Shown in pieces: positions 16,700-27,741 of a DNA stretch of 39,863 nt. Position numbers and translations under genes: made by a program. Under the pieces are notes generated by a model. It did no database searches and was not told where the DNA came from. It was given only the letters and a program-made list of their open reading frames with translations. The stretch's first letter is position 1. Each line of letters opens with the position of its first letter. Origin of the DNA: Candidatus Limnocylindrales bacterium (GTDB lineage Bacteria; Chloroflexota; Limnocylindria; Limnocylindrales; CSP1-4); contig JBJKRU010000229.1 of assembly GCA_046704485.1 (NCBI GenBank), positions 1 through 39,863 on the forward strand, in the 5' to 3' direction.

Positions 16700-19417
16700 T
16701 CAGTGGCGCGTCGGCGCCTGGATCCGCACGCGCGCGTCCAGCACGACCGCGCTGTCGGACAGCACCACCACCGGGTTGCAATCCATCTCCACGATCTCCG
16801 GATGGCCCTCGACCATCGCGCTCACGCGCAGCAGCACGTCCTCGAGCGCGGCAATGTCCGCGCCCGGGCCGGTGCGATAGCCCTCGAGCAGGGGGTACAT
16901 CGCCAGCGAGCGGAGCATCTCGTGGACGTCGCGATCGGTCAGCGGCGTGATGCGCACGGCCACGTCCTTGAGCAGCTCCAGCTCGGCGTCGCCGGCGCCG
17001 CAGGCGATGACCGGCCCGAAGAGGCGGTCGTGGACGACGCCCACGAGCATCTCCACGCCGGCGGGCACCATGCGCTGGACGACCAGCCGCTCGACCGGGT
17101 GGCCTGCGGCCTGGAGGTCGCGCACCATCTCCTCGGCGGCGCGACGCACGGCCGCGGCGCCCTCCAGGCCGAGCGCCACGGCCCGCGCCTCGCGCTTCCG
17201 GATGACGCCCGTGGCGAACGCCTTGAGTGCGACCGGGCCGCCCAGCTCACCGGCGGCGATGCCGGCCTCCTCCGGCGTCGCGACGAGGCGCCAGTCGGCC
17301 ACCGCGATGCCGTAGCAGCCCAGCAGATCGGCCACCTCGTCCGGGCGCAGCCAGCGCGACCCGTCGGCAGTCTGGTCGACGTCGGCCAGGGCCTGCGCCA
17401 GCATGGCCGCGGCATCGTCCACCCGGAGGTCGTCGAACGCCGGCATGTCGCCCTCCGGCGCCTGCCGCCACTCAGCGTAGGCGGCGGCGTGGGCCAGCGC
17501 CCGGGCCGCCTCCTCCGGGAATGCGTAGGCCGGCACCCGCTCGCCCGGCCCGCGCAGCGCCGGCGGCGCGACCTCGGCCGCCATGAACACCGCGAGCACC
17601 GGGACCTGCCGCTCGAGCGACGCGGCAGCGTTGTGGATCGCCGCCGCCACCTCGTCGGCACTCGAGCCGAGGGGCGGCACGAACAGGACGATGATCGCGT
17701 CGACGTGTTCGCATCGGGCGAGCACGCTGATCGCCCTCCCGAAGGCCTCCGGCGGCGCGTCCACCACATCGATGGGGTTGCCCAGGGCGGCCATCTCCGG
17801 CAGGAAGGACGCGAGCTCGCGGCGGGCGTCGTCGCAGGTGGGCGGCACGACCAGGCCATCGGCCTCGCAGGCGTCCGCGGCGAGGATGCCGGGCCCCCCG
17901 CCGTTGGTCAGGATCGCCACGCCCCGGCCGGGAGGCAGCGGCTGGTTGGCCAGCAGGGCCGCGACGTCGAAGAACTCGCTCAGGGTGTCGGTGCGGACCA
18001 CGCCGGCCTGGTGGAACAGGGCGTCGACGGTCACGTCCGACGCGCCGATGCGGGCCCCCGTGTGCGAGGAGGTGGCGCGCGCCCCGGCGGCCGAGCGTCC
18101 GCTCTTGACCACGATGATCGGCTTGGTGCGGCCGACACGCCGCGCGATCCGCGAGAACTTGCGGGGGTTGCCCACCGACTCGAGGTACAGCGCGATGACG
18201 CTGCAGGCCGGGTCGGTTTCCCAGTACTGCAGGAAGTCGTTGCCCGACAGGTCAGCCTTGTTGCCGACCGAGATGAAGCTCGACAGACCCAGGCCGCGGC
18301 GCTTGACGTGCTCGATGATCGCGAGGCCGAGCGCGCCGCTCTGGGACAGGAACCCGACGTGGCCGTGGAGGGGGGTGATCGGCGAGAAGGTGGCGTTCAG
18401 CTGCACCTCCGGCTCGAGGTTGATCACACCCATCGCGTTGGGCCCGACCAGCCGCATGCCCGCGTCCCGGCACGCCGCGACCAGCTCGGCCTGCCGTGCC
18501 GCCCCGTCAGGCCCGGCCTCGGCGAAGCCCCGCGACACGACGACCACGCTCTTGACGCCCTTGGCCGCGCACTCGTGGACAGCCGGGATGATCGCGTCCA
18601 CGGGCAGGACGATGATCGCCAGGTCGACTGGACCCGGGATCGCCAGCACAGACCGGTATGCGGCAACGGACTGGACCACGTCCGCGGCCGGGTTGACCGG
18701 GTAGACCGGGCCGTGGAAGCCGCTGGCCAGCAGGTTGCGGAACAGCTCGCCGCCCGCCGTCCCGCGCCGCCGCGACGCCCCGATCACCGCCACCGAGGCC
18801 GGGTGCAGGAGGGCCCGGACGGCGGCCGCGGCCGCCGTCCGCTCCCTGCGCTCGAACCGCTCCCGGGCCTCGCCCGTCAGCTCGGTGGGGAACTCGACCT
18901 GGATCGAGCCCGGCTCGGAGCGCACCCGGAGCGGGAACCCGCTCGCCCGGAACACCTGGAGCATCCTCGCGTTCTCGGGCAGGATCTCGGCCAGGAACGT
19001 CGTGATCCCCGCCTCGTTGGCGCGCCGGGCCAGCTCCTCGAGGAGCAGCGTCGCCACGCCGCGGCCCTGGTACTCGTCGGCGACCACGAATGCGGCCTCG
19101 GCCATGGTGCCGTCGACGACGAGGTAGTTGCCGTTGCCGATGATCCTGGTCGCGCCGGCGATCTCGGTCTCGGCGACCAGCGAGCAGTCGCCCTGGCGCT
19201 CCGGGATGGCCCACCCCCGCGCCCGTGCCTCGAGATCGCCGCCCACGCTCGCGAAGCGCAGCCAGCGCGACTCCGGGTCGAGTCCGCGGAGGAAATCGAC
19301 GAGACCCGTGGCGTCCGCGGCGACCGCGTCGCGGATCCGGATCGAGGCGCCGTCGCGAAGGATCGTGTCCCGCGCCCGGTCTTGAGTTGTGGCGGGGCTG
19401 ACGCGATTGACCTGCAT
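16700..19417 (-). CDS. pat: GNAT + NDP-forming acyl-CoA-synthetase-like fusion (Pat-type protein lysine acetyltransferase, N-terminal GNAT)
   Basis: GNAT EAAFVVADEYQGRGVA, CoA-binding SVAVIGAS..VYPVNP, GPN, SQSGA, GNKAD, SHTG, and ATP-grasp DCNP. The start is approximate. Confidence 0.88.
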   Translation of the reverse strand: MQVNRVSPATTQDRARDTILRDGASIRIRDAVAADATGLVDFLRGLDPESRWLRFASVGGDLEARARGWAIPERQGDCSLVAETEIAGATRIIGNGNYLVVDGTMAEAAFVVADEYQGRGVATLLLEELARRANEAGITTFLAEILPENARMLQVFRASGFPLRVRSEPGSIQVEFPTELTGEARERFERRERTAAAAAVRALLHPASVAVIGASRRRGTAGGELFRNLLASGFHGPVYPVNPAADVVQSVAAYRSVLAIPGPVDLAIIVLPVDAIIPAVHECAAKGVKSVVVVSRGFAEAGPDGAARQAELVAACRDAGMRLVGPNAMGVINLEPEVQLNATFSPITPLHGHVGFLSQSGALGLAIIEHVKRRGLGLSSFISVGNKADLSGNDFLQYWETDPACSVIALYLESVGNPRKFSRIARRVGRTKPIIVVKSGRSAAGARATSSHTGARIGASDVTVDALFHQAGVVRTDTLSEFFDVAALLANQPLPPGRGVAILTNGGGPGILAADACEADGLVVPPTCDDARRELASFLPEMAALGNPIDVVDAPPEAFGRAISVLARCEHVDAIIVLFVPPLGSSADEVAAAIHNAAASLERQVPVLAVFMAAEVAPPALRGPGERVPAYAFPEEAARALAHAAAYAEWRQAPEGDMPAFDDLRVDDAAAMLAQALADVDQTADGSRWLRPDEVADLLGCYGIAVADWRLVATPEEAGIAAGELGGPVALKAFATGVIRKREARAVALGLEGAAAVRRAAEEMVRDLQAAGHPVERLVVQRMVPAGVEMLVGVVHDRLFGPVIACGAGDAELELLKDVAVRITPLTDRDVHEMLRSLAMYPLLEGYRTGPGADIAALEDVLLRVSAMVEGHPEIVEMDCNPVVVLSDSAVVLDARVRIQAPTRH

Positions 19418-19541
19418 CTCCAACCCGAGGGGCCTCCGGGTGCGCTGCGTGCTACTGTCGCCCAACCCGACCCGCCCGGTTGGGCTTGTCGCGATGGTAG
19501 CGCGATCGAGGTCGTGCCCAGCACGAGGGCCGCCACCAATC

Positions 19542-20717
19542 ATGCCGTCCCATGCCGGCAGCCAGCCCCAGCCGCTCGTGATCTACGGGCCCGCGTCGCA
19601 CGAGTACGACTTCGGGCCCGAGCATCCGTTCACGCCCCGTCGCTTCGGGCCGGGGATCGACCTGCTGCGCGAGCTCGGCGCCGAGGACTTCGAGCCTCCT
19701 CGGCCGGCGTCGGACGACTGGATCGCGCGCATCCACGATCCCCGGTACATCGCGACCGTCAAGCTGCTCTCGGACCATCCGGAGGCAGGGGAGGCGACCG
19801 GGTTCGACGGCCAGGACACGCCGGCCTTCTACGGCATGCACCGGGCGGCGGCGGCCGTGGTCGGCGGCACGCTCGCGGGCATGGAGCACGTGCTCGCCGG
19901 AGACCGGGACCACGTGTTCCACCCGGGCGGCGGGCTGCACCACGCGTTCCCGGCCCTGCCCAGCGGGTTCTGCGTCTACAACGATCTGGCGGTCGCGATC
20001 CGGCGCGCCCTCGACGAGGGCCACCGCGTCCTCTACATCGACCTCGACGTGCACCACGGCGACGGCGTGGAGGCGATCTTCTGGAACGAGCGCGACGTGC
20101 TCACCCTGTCGTTCCACGAGACGGGCCTCGCGCTGTTCCCCGGCACCGGATTCGCGGACGAGCGCGGGGGCCATGAAGCGTACGGCAGCGCGATCAACAT
20201 CCCGCTCAGTCCCGGGACGTCCGATCAGTCCTGGCTGGCGGTGCTCGAGTTCGCCCTGCCCCGCGTCGCGGACGCGTTCCGGCCGACGCTGGTGGTGAGC
20301 CAGAACGGGAGTGACGGGCACATGTTCGACCCGCTCGCGCACCTGGAGCTGACGACGGCTGCGATGTCCCGGGCGGCTCGCCTGGTGGACGGGGTCGCAC
20401 ACAAGCATGCCGAGGGGCGATGGCTCGCCACGGGTGGCGGTGGTTATGACGTGTACCGGGTGGTGCCCCGGGTCTGGTCATTGGTCTGGCTCGCGCAGGC
20501 GCACCACGACGTTCCCGCAGCAACCCCTGCCGCCTGGCGCCAACGCTGGGCCGACACGGCGGCGCGCCACCGGCAGGGCCCACCGCCGGCAACGATGCTC
20601 GATGTCCCCGGCGTGGCCGCGCCGGAACCCGACGGCGTCATGGAGGCCAACCTCGCGACCGCCCACCGCGCGCTCGAGCACACACTGGGCATCCTGGCGC
20701 AGCGTGGGGGCCTCTAG
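19542..20717 (+). CDS. acuC: AcuC-like Zn-dependent (HDAC-family) deacetylase
   Basis: HPF.P.R, GGGLHHA, GFC, DLDVHHGDG, SFHE, DGH..DPL and GGGGY motifs. Confidence 0.9.
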   Translation: MPSHAGSQPQPLVIYGPASHEYDFGPEHPFTPRRFGPGIDLLRELGAEDFEPPRPASDDWIARIHDPRYIATVKLLSDHPEAGEATGFDGQDTPAFYGMHRAAAAVVGGTLAGMEHVLAGDRDHVFHPGGGLHHAFPALPSGFCVYNDLAVAIRRALDEGHRVLYIDLDVHHGDGVEAIFWNERDVLTLSFHETGLALFPGTGFADERGGHEAYGSAINIPLSPGTSDQSWLAVLEFALPRVADAFRPTLVVSQNGSDGHMFDPLAHLELTTAAMSRAARLVDGVAHKHAEGRWLATGGGGYDVYRVVPRVWSLVWLAQAHHDVPAATPAAWRQRWADTAARHRQGPPPATMLDVPGVAAPEPDGVMEANLATAHRALEHTLGILAQRGGL

Positions 20718-20734
20718 GGGTCCAGTCCCGGCCA

Positions 20735-20887
20735 AATGGTTGCAGGGGTGCACGCTGGGCCGACCTCGCCCGGCACCCGCCGAACTTCTCGCCGGGCGAA
20801 TTGGTTGTCGAGTTGCACCCTGCGCATCCTGCCGATCCCGGCGGCTCTGCAATCTTCGCTTAGCGAATGGTTGCTGGGATGCACGCT
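20735..20887. repeat. three copies of TGGTTG-N6-TGCAC(G/C)CT at 65-66-bp spacing
   Basis: Copies at 20737, 20802 and 20868. Copies 1 and 3 match at 20 of 22 positions (AATGGTTGCwGGGrTGCACGCT). Confidence 0.8.
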
Positions 20888-20914
20888 TGACATCCCCCTA
20901 ACGCGGATTAGTGT
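20887..20914 (+). promoter_or_regulatory. sigma70-type promoter for satP
   Basis: TTGACA (20887) - 16 nt - TAGTGT (20909). Confidence 0.6.
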
Positions 20915-21030
20915 TCAGGCATGGCCCCGCGCGTGGGCGTGGAGTCGGTGGCCCCAGAGACGCAAGTCGTGGCATGTCCGTGTATCGCCGCGCGCCGTGA
21001 GCGCGGCCCACGGAGGAAGGAGGGTCTCAC

Positions 21031-21612
21031 TTGGCTCAGGCGCAATCGGCACCGAAGGAGGCAAACCCGGCACCACTCGGGTTGGCGGGATTCGCGCTCA
21101 CAACGTTCGTGCTGTCACTGACCAATGCCGGCATCATCGGCGGGTCGTCGGTCCAGGTCGTGGTCGCGCTCGCGCTCGGCTACGGTGGGCTGGCCCAGTT
21201 CGCTGCCGGGATGTGGGAGTTCAAGAACGGCAACACGTTCGGGGCAACCGCGTTCAGCTCGTACGGGGCGTTCTGGCTCAGCTACGCGTTCTTCGTCTGG
21301 TTCTTCGCTGGCGGCTTGGCGAGCGGTGATGCCGCCGGCGCCGTGGGAACGTTCCTGCTGGCGTGGGGCATCTTCACGTTCTACATGTGGATCGCCACGC
21401 TGAAGCACCCGTGGCCGGTCATGATCGTGTTCCTGCTGCTGTGGATCACGTTCCTGCTCCTGGCGCTCGGCGCCTACGGCAAGGCTGAGGCGGGCTCGGG
21501 TCTGACCCAGATCGGCGGCTTCGTCGGCATCCTGACCGCGATCGCGGCCTGGTACGCCTCGGGGCGCACGATCATCAACGAGGCGTTCGGCCGGGAGATC
21601 CTGCCCGGCTGA
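21031..21612 (+). CDS. satP: acetate uptake transporter, GPR1/FUN34/SatP family
   Basis: AAGGAGG then TTG. Signature ANPAPLGLAGF, YGGLAQ, GNTFGATAFSSYGAFW and six hydrophobic helices. Confidence 0.95.
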   Translation: MAQAQSAPKEANPAPLGLAGFALTTFVLSLTNAGIIGGSSVQVVVALALGYGGLAQFAAGMWEFKNGNTFGATAFSSYGAFWLSYAFFVWFFAGGLASGDAAGAVGTFLLAWGIFTFYMWIATLKHPWPVMIVFLLLWITFLLLALGAYGKAEAGSGLTQIGGFVGILTAIAAWYASGRTIINEAFGREILPG

Positions 21613-21657
21613 GGCCAACACCGGCTCTGGGGGAGCCCGGGCCCACGCCCGAAGACT

Positions 21658-21690
21658 GGATGGACCGACCGGATCTCGGCCGGTCCATCC
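21658..21690 (+). terminator. hairpin after satP
   Basis: GGATGGACCG pairs with CGGTCCATCC, followed by TTCTGT. Confidence 0.6.
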
Positions 21691-21775
21691 TTCTGTCGCA
21701 CGACCCGTGGCCCAGGCGGCTGGCCGTTCGCCCTGTCGGGTTCGGAGGCGGGCGTCCGCGTAGACTGGCAGCCGC

Positions 21776-21851
21776 GCCCCCGTAGCTCAGTGGAGAGAGC
21801 GGCCGCCTTCTAAGCGGTTGGTCGCAGGTTCGATTCCTGCCGGGGGCGCCA
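21776..21851 (+). tRNA. tRNA-Arg(TCT)
   Basis: Acceptor GCCCCCG/CGGGGGC, D arm GCTC/GAGC, anticodon arm GCCGC-ctTCTaa-GCGGT, T arm GCAGG-TTCGATT-CCTGC and CCA. A -10-like TAGACT sits at 21761. Confidence 0.97.
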
Positions 21852-22169
21852 GGCCTCCTGTGCGCGGACATCTGGCGTCGATCCGTCGGCTCCCCCGGCG
21901 GGCTCCAAGCGCGATTCGGACGCCCAATCCATGGTGGGCGTACAATCCCCTCTCTGGCCCAGCACCGACAACGCCCCGACAGCCTGGTGGCCACCCAGTC
22001 AGATCGTGGGGCCGGGACCAGGGAGGTTCTCCGGTGCGGCGCGCGTCCTCCTCTCCTTGCCAGACGCGACCGACGCAGATCGGTCCGGCGTGCCCGACGC
22101 GCACCAGCCACCGGCAGCCAACGTGAGCCGCGACGGCTCCGAGAGATCGGATTGCTAGGAGGCTGAACC

Positions 22170-24290
<2,121 letters not shown>

Positions 24291-24308
24291 CCCACCTCGA
24301 CTGCGATC

Positions 24309-24335
24309 TGAGCCCCCGGCACCGCCGGGGGCTCA
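24309..24335. terminator. 12-bp hairpin between convergent genes
   Basis: TGAGCCCCCGGC-acc-GCCGGGGGCTCA is a perfect stem. Confidence 0.75.
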
Positions 24336-24386
24336 TTGCTGTCCCCGTGATCCGCCGGGCCACGGACCCGCGGGGTCACCCGTCGG

Positions 24387-24719
24387 TCAGACGTGCACGC
24401 CCTGCCCCGTGATCGCGACCACGATGGCCGCCGTGTTGGCCCCGGCCCCGATGACGCCGGAGAGCGTCGCGGCGACGAGCGCTGTAGTCAGCGCAACCCG
24501 CCAGCGGAGGCTGAACGAGGGATACCGACGGGCGCGGCGCTCGGCCAGGGCGGCGATCCCGACCTTCAGCAGGATGACGAGCTGTGCCCCGCCGAGCGCC
24601 AGCAGGGCGGCGACGAGCGGGTTCTGCTCGGACAGGTAGGCCGGATGCGGCAGGAGGCAGAACACGGCCAGCGTGGCGGCGTCGAGCGCCTGCGCCATGA
24701 CGAGCAGCCCGGGCCTCAT
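24387..24719 (-). CDS. small membrane protein (110 aa), DUF5658-like
   Basis: GGAGG 7 nt before the ATG, three hydrophobic segments, and an LD..T...E.NPL...LLKV pattern. Confidence 0.65.
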   Translation of the reverse strand: MRPGLLVMAQALDAATLAVFCLLPHPAYLSEQNPLVAALLALGGAQLVILLKVGIAALAERRARRYPSFSLRWRVALTTALVAATLSGVIGAGANTAAIVVAITGQGVHV

Positions 24720-25011
24720 GGCGTGGCCTCCCGGCCGCGCCCCGGTCGGCGTGCTGTCCTCGTAGCCTTCATATCTTCTAGTACGTCCAGGTGGCGGTGA
24801 GGGATCTCCGGGGACCCGCCGAAGCGCCTGGTGACGGCTTGGTCGTCTTCGCGAGCAGACCGTGATCCCCGTCACGGGTCCGCGGTCGCCCGGCACACAG
24901 ATCGCCGCTCGGGCGCGGGACGTTGCCGGCGACGTGAACGGGACGTCGAGCAGGATTGCAGTCCCCGTCCACAGCGGGCAGCGGCGTGGTGCCCAGTCCG
25001 CCTCGTGGCGC

Positions 25012-25764
25012 TCAGTTCCCGGCCGGTTTCGGGTCCCCCGCGAGTGCAGCGGTCGACTCGCCGTCCAGCGGCGCGCCGTCCACGTCGAGCAGGTAGCCAA
25101 CACCCTGGAAGGTGCGGATCCGGCCCGACTCGCCGGGCTTGGCGCCCAATTTGCGCCGTACACGCGAGATCCAGACTCGCAGGTACTCAAGCTCGTCGCG
25201 GTACTCGGCACCCCAGACCCTGCTGAGCAGCTCTGAATGGACGACGACCTTGCCAACGTTCTGCGCGAGGTACTGCAGCAGCAGCCACTCACTGCGGGAG
25301 AACTGGACGAGCTTCCCGTTCCGCAGCACGATCCGCCGCTCGAGGTCGATCTCGACATCGTCGAAGCGGATGACGCCCGTCGCATGTGTCTCATCCCCGC
25401 TCCGCCTCAGGACGGCACGGATCCGGGCGGCCATCTCGTCGGGGTGGAACGGCTTGGAGATGTAGTCGTCGGCGCCGACGTCGAGACCGCGCGCCTTGTC
25501 AGCGGTCGCGCCCTTGGCGGTGACCAGGATCACGGGCACGGGACGCCGCTCCCGGAGCCGGCGCATGACCTCGATGCCGTCCATGTCGGGCATCACGATG
25601 TCGAGCAGCACGACGTCCGGGCTGTACTCCTCAGCCTGCCGGATCGCCTCGAGCCCGGTTGACGCCGTCACCACCCGGAACCCCTCCTCCGCCATGGCGA
25701 TCGAGACGACCTTGGTGATCCGCGGCTCGTCGTCTGCGATCAGGATCAGCGGCTGCGCGCCCAT
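25012..25764 (-). CDS. OmpR/KdpE-family response regulator
   Basis: GAGGAGG RBS. Receiver ILIADDE...LLDIVMP...GADDYISKPF and winged helix LLSRVWG...LRVWISRVRRKL...GVGY. Confidence 0.93.
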   Translation of the reverse strand: MGAQPLILIADDEPRITKVVSIAMAEEGFRVVTASTGLEAIRQAEEYSPDVVLLDIVMPDMDGIEVMRRLRERRPVPVILVTAKGATADKARGLDVGADDYISKPFHPDEMAARIRAVLRRSGDETHATGVIRFDDVEIDLERRIVLRNGKLVQFSRSEWLLLQYLAQNVGKVVVHSELLSRVWGAEYRDELEYLRVWISRVRRKLGAKPGESGRIRTFQGVGYLLDVDGAPLDGESTAALAGDPKPAGN

Positions 25765-26231
25765 AGGCCTCCTCTCGGGGATGGCGCCCGCGCGAGATCG
25801 CGCCGTGCCCAGCATGGCGGTTCCAGTCGGGCACGCGGCTTTCCGCAGGGGCGGCTCACATTGCGAAGACCTTGCGGCACGGCTCACGGCGCCAGGTTCC
25901 GCTACCGCCAGCCGTGTCGGGTCGCCTGCGGAGTCGGTCCCGGCATCGGGGCTTCCGTCGCGTCGGCGCCAGGCACCTTCGAGGACCAGGCACCGCCGGG
26001 CCACCGGGCGTCTTGCGGCGTGGTCTCGACTTGGGGCCCGTGAAAGCGAACGCAGACGGGGCGGCCGCCTCATGGGGTTTGGCCCACGCCCTCGCCGTCG
26101 GTCGCGACGGCTGAACGGCCGAGGTGGTTGAGAGGCGGCTGCAATCCGTTCGGAGCTCGTCGCCATGCTGCTGCCGCTGGGCGATCGCTAGTGTCCGAAG
26201 TCGTTGACCAATCACCCCAAGCAGGGATGCC

Positions 26232-26450
26232 ATGACTCATGTCCGCCGCTCGCTGGTCGCCATCGTCCTGCCGGTGCTGGTCGCCGGAGGGATGGTCACG
26301 ACCGCCCTCGCGAGTGGACCGGCCCCGAAGGTCGAGGTCTGCCACTTCGCGTCCCACAAGTACGTCGAGATCTCCATCTCGACGAATGCTCTCCAAGCGC
26401 ACCTCAACCATGGCGACGTGATGCCAGACGCCTACGGCGCCTGTCCGTAG
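26232..26450 (+). CDS. small secreted protein (72 aa) with a two-Cys mini-domain
   Basis: Signal peptide (RR, hydrophobic core, ALA). Mature part KVEVCH...ISISTNALQAHLNHGD...GACP. Confidence 0.75.
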   Translation: MTHVRRSLVAIVLPVLVAGGMVTTALASGPAPKVEVCHFASHKYVEISISTNALQAHLNHGDVMPDAYGACP

Positions 26451-26580
26451 CCACGAGCCGGGAGACAGACTGGCGGGCCCGCCTCCCGCCAGTCGCCCCC
26501 CGCGCCCCTCAGCGCATCTGCAATCCACGACCACCCTTTGAACCCATGAGGTGGGCCGACCGGCGCCCTGGTTTGCGACG

Positions 26581-27741
26581 ATGTCCAGTCAAGCCGTTTC
26601 TCCAGCTCCTGCGACGCCCATGCCCGCCGTCTCCATCGTCATGCCCTGCCTCGACGAGGCCGCGACGGTCGGGACATGCGTCGCGAAGGCTCGCGGCTGG
26701 CTCGATCGCGCCGGCCTGCGCGGCGAAGTCATCGTCGTCGACAACGGGTCGTGCGATGGCTCGGCGGCCGTCGCCAGCGCGGCTGGAGCGCGCGTGGTAG
26801 TCGAGCCGCTTCGCGGTTACGGAAACGCCTACCTGCGCGGCTTCGCCGAGGCCCACGGCGAGATCATCGTCATGGGTGACGCCGACGACACCTATGACTT
26901 CAGCGACCTGAGCCCGCTCGTCGAGCCCTTGAGCGACGGCTATGACATGGTCGTCGGGAATCGCCTCGGCGACGGCCTCGACCCCGCTGCAATGCCCTGG
27001 CTCCACCGCCACATCGGCACGCCGGCGATCAACCTGATCATCCGGCTCTGCACGGGCGTCACGATTGGCGACAGCCAGAGCGGTCTCAGGGCGTTCCGCC
27101 GCGGCGCGTACGAGGCGATGGGCCTGCGCTCCGGCGGCATGGAACTCGCCTCGGAGATGATCGTGACGGCGAAGCGAGCAGGCCTGCGCGTCACCGAGGT
27201 GCCAACGCACTACGCGGTCCGTCAGGGTGAGAGCAAGCTCGACACCGTCCGTGACGGATGGCGCCACCTGCGCTTCCTGCTGCTGGCCGTGCCTGACTTC
27301 CTGTTCACGGCGCCGGGCCTCGCGATGACCATGCTCGGCCTCCTGACGCTCGTCGGCTCCTTCGTCGAGCCGACGGGGATCCGGATCGGCTCGATCACCT
27401 GGCAGCCGGTCTTCGCCGCCAGCATCCTGCTCGCCATCGGCGTGAACGCGACCCTGTTCGGGGTGATCGCGAAGATCCATGCCTGTGCGGCCGGCCGGCT
27501 GCCGGAGGATCGCTGGGTGCGCGCCTATCGGCGTTGGTTCCGGCTCGAAGGCGTGCTCGCGCTCGCGCTCGCGTGCGTCGTGGCCGGCGGGCTGCTCGAT
27601 CTGGCCCTCTTCGTCGTCTGGGCAAGCGGAGGCCAGGTGGGGCAGCAGCTGCAATTCGCGGCGCTGGCGCAGAGCCTGCTGATTGTCGGCGCGGAACTCG
27701 GCATGGCCGGCTTCCTCGTCGTGACGATCGACGGCCGATGA
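26581..27741 (+). CDS. GT2 glycosyltransferase, polyprenol-phosphate-sugar synthase-like, with C-terminal TM helices
   Basis: VSIVMPCLDE, VVDNGS.DGS, GYG, DADDTYD, DSQSG.R, EVPT.Y..R.GESKL and four hydrophobic C-terminal segments. Confidence 0.9.
   Translation: MSSQAVSPAPATPMPAVSIVMPCLDEAATVGTCVAKARGWLDRAGLRGEVIVVDNGSCDGSAAVASAAGARVVVEPLRGYGNAYLRGFAEAHGEIIVMGDADDTYDFSDLSPLVEPLSDGYDMVVGNRLGDGLDPAAMPWLHRHIGTPAINLIIRLCTGVTIGDSQSGLRAFRRGAYEAMGLRSGGMELASEMIVTAKRAGLRVTEVPTHYAVRQGESKLDTVRDGWRHLRFLLLAVPDFLFTAPGLAMTMLGLLTLVGSFVEPTGIRIGSITWQPVFAASILLAIGVNATLFGVIAKIHACAAGRLPEDRWVRAYRRWFRLEGVLALALACVVAGGLLDLALFVVWASGGQVGQQLQFAALAQSLLIVGAELGMAGFLVVTIDGR

Noticed and set aside
16703-20176. 1157-aa + strand ORF and other long antisense ORFs (4761-7247, 22272-24221, 28633-30633, 33949-35829)
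   Set aside because: These are shadow frames of real genes in high-GC DNA, with no recognisable motifs.
25770-26200. Possible c-di-GMP-I riboswitch upstream of the response regulator
   Set aside because: Only loose fragments (GACGGAAGCC, GGTAGCGG) are present. The GGCAAA/GNRA first stem is not recognisable.
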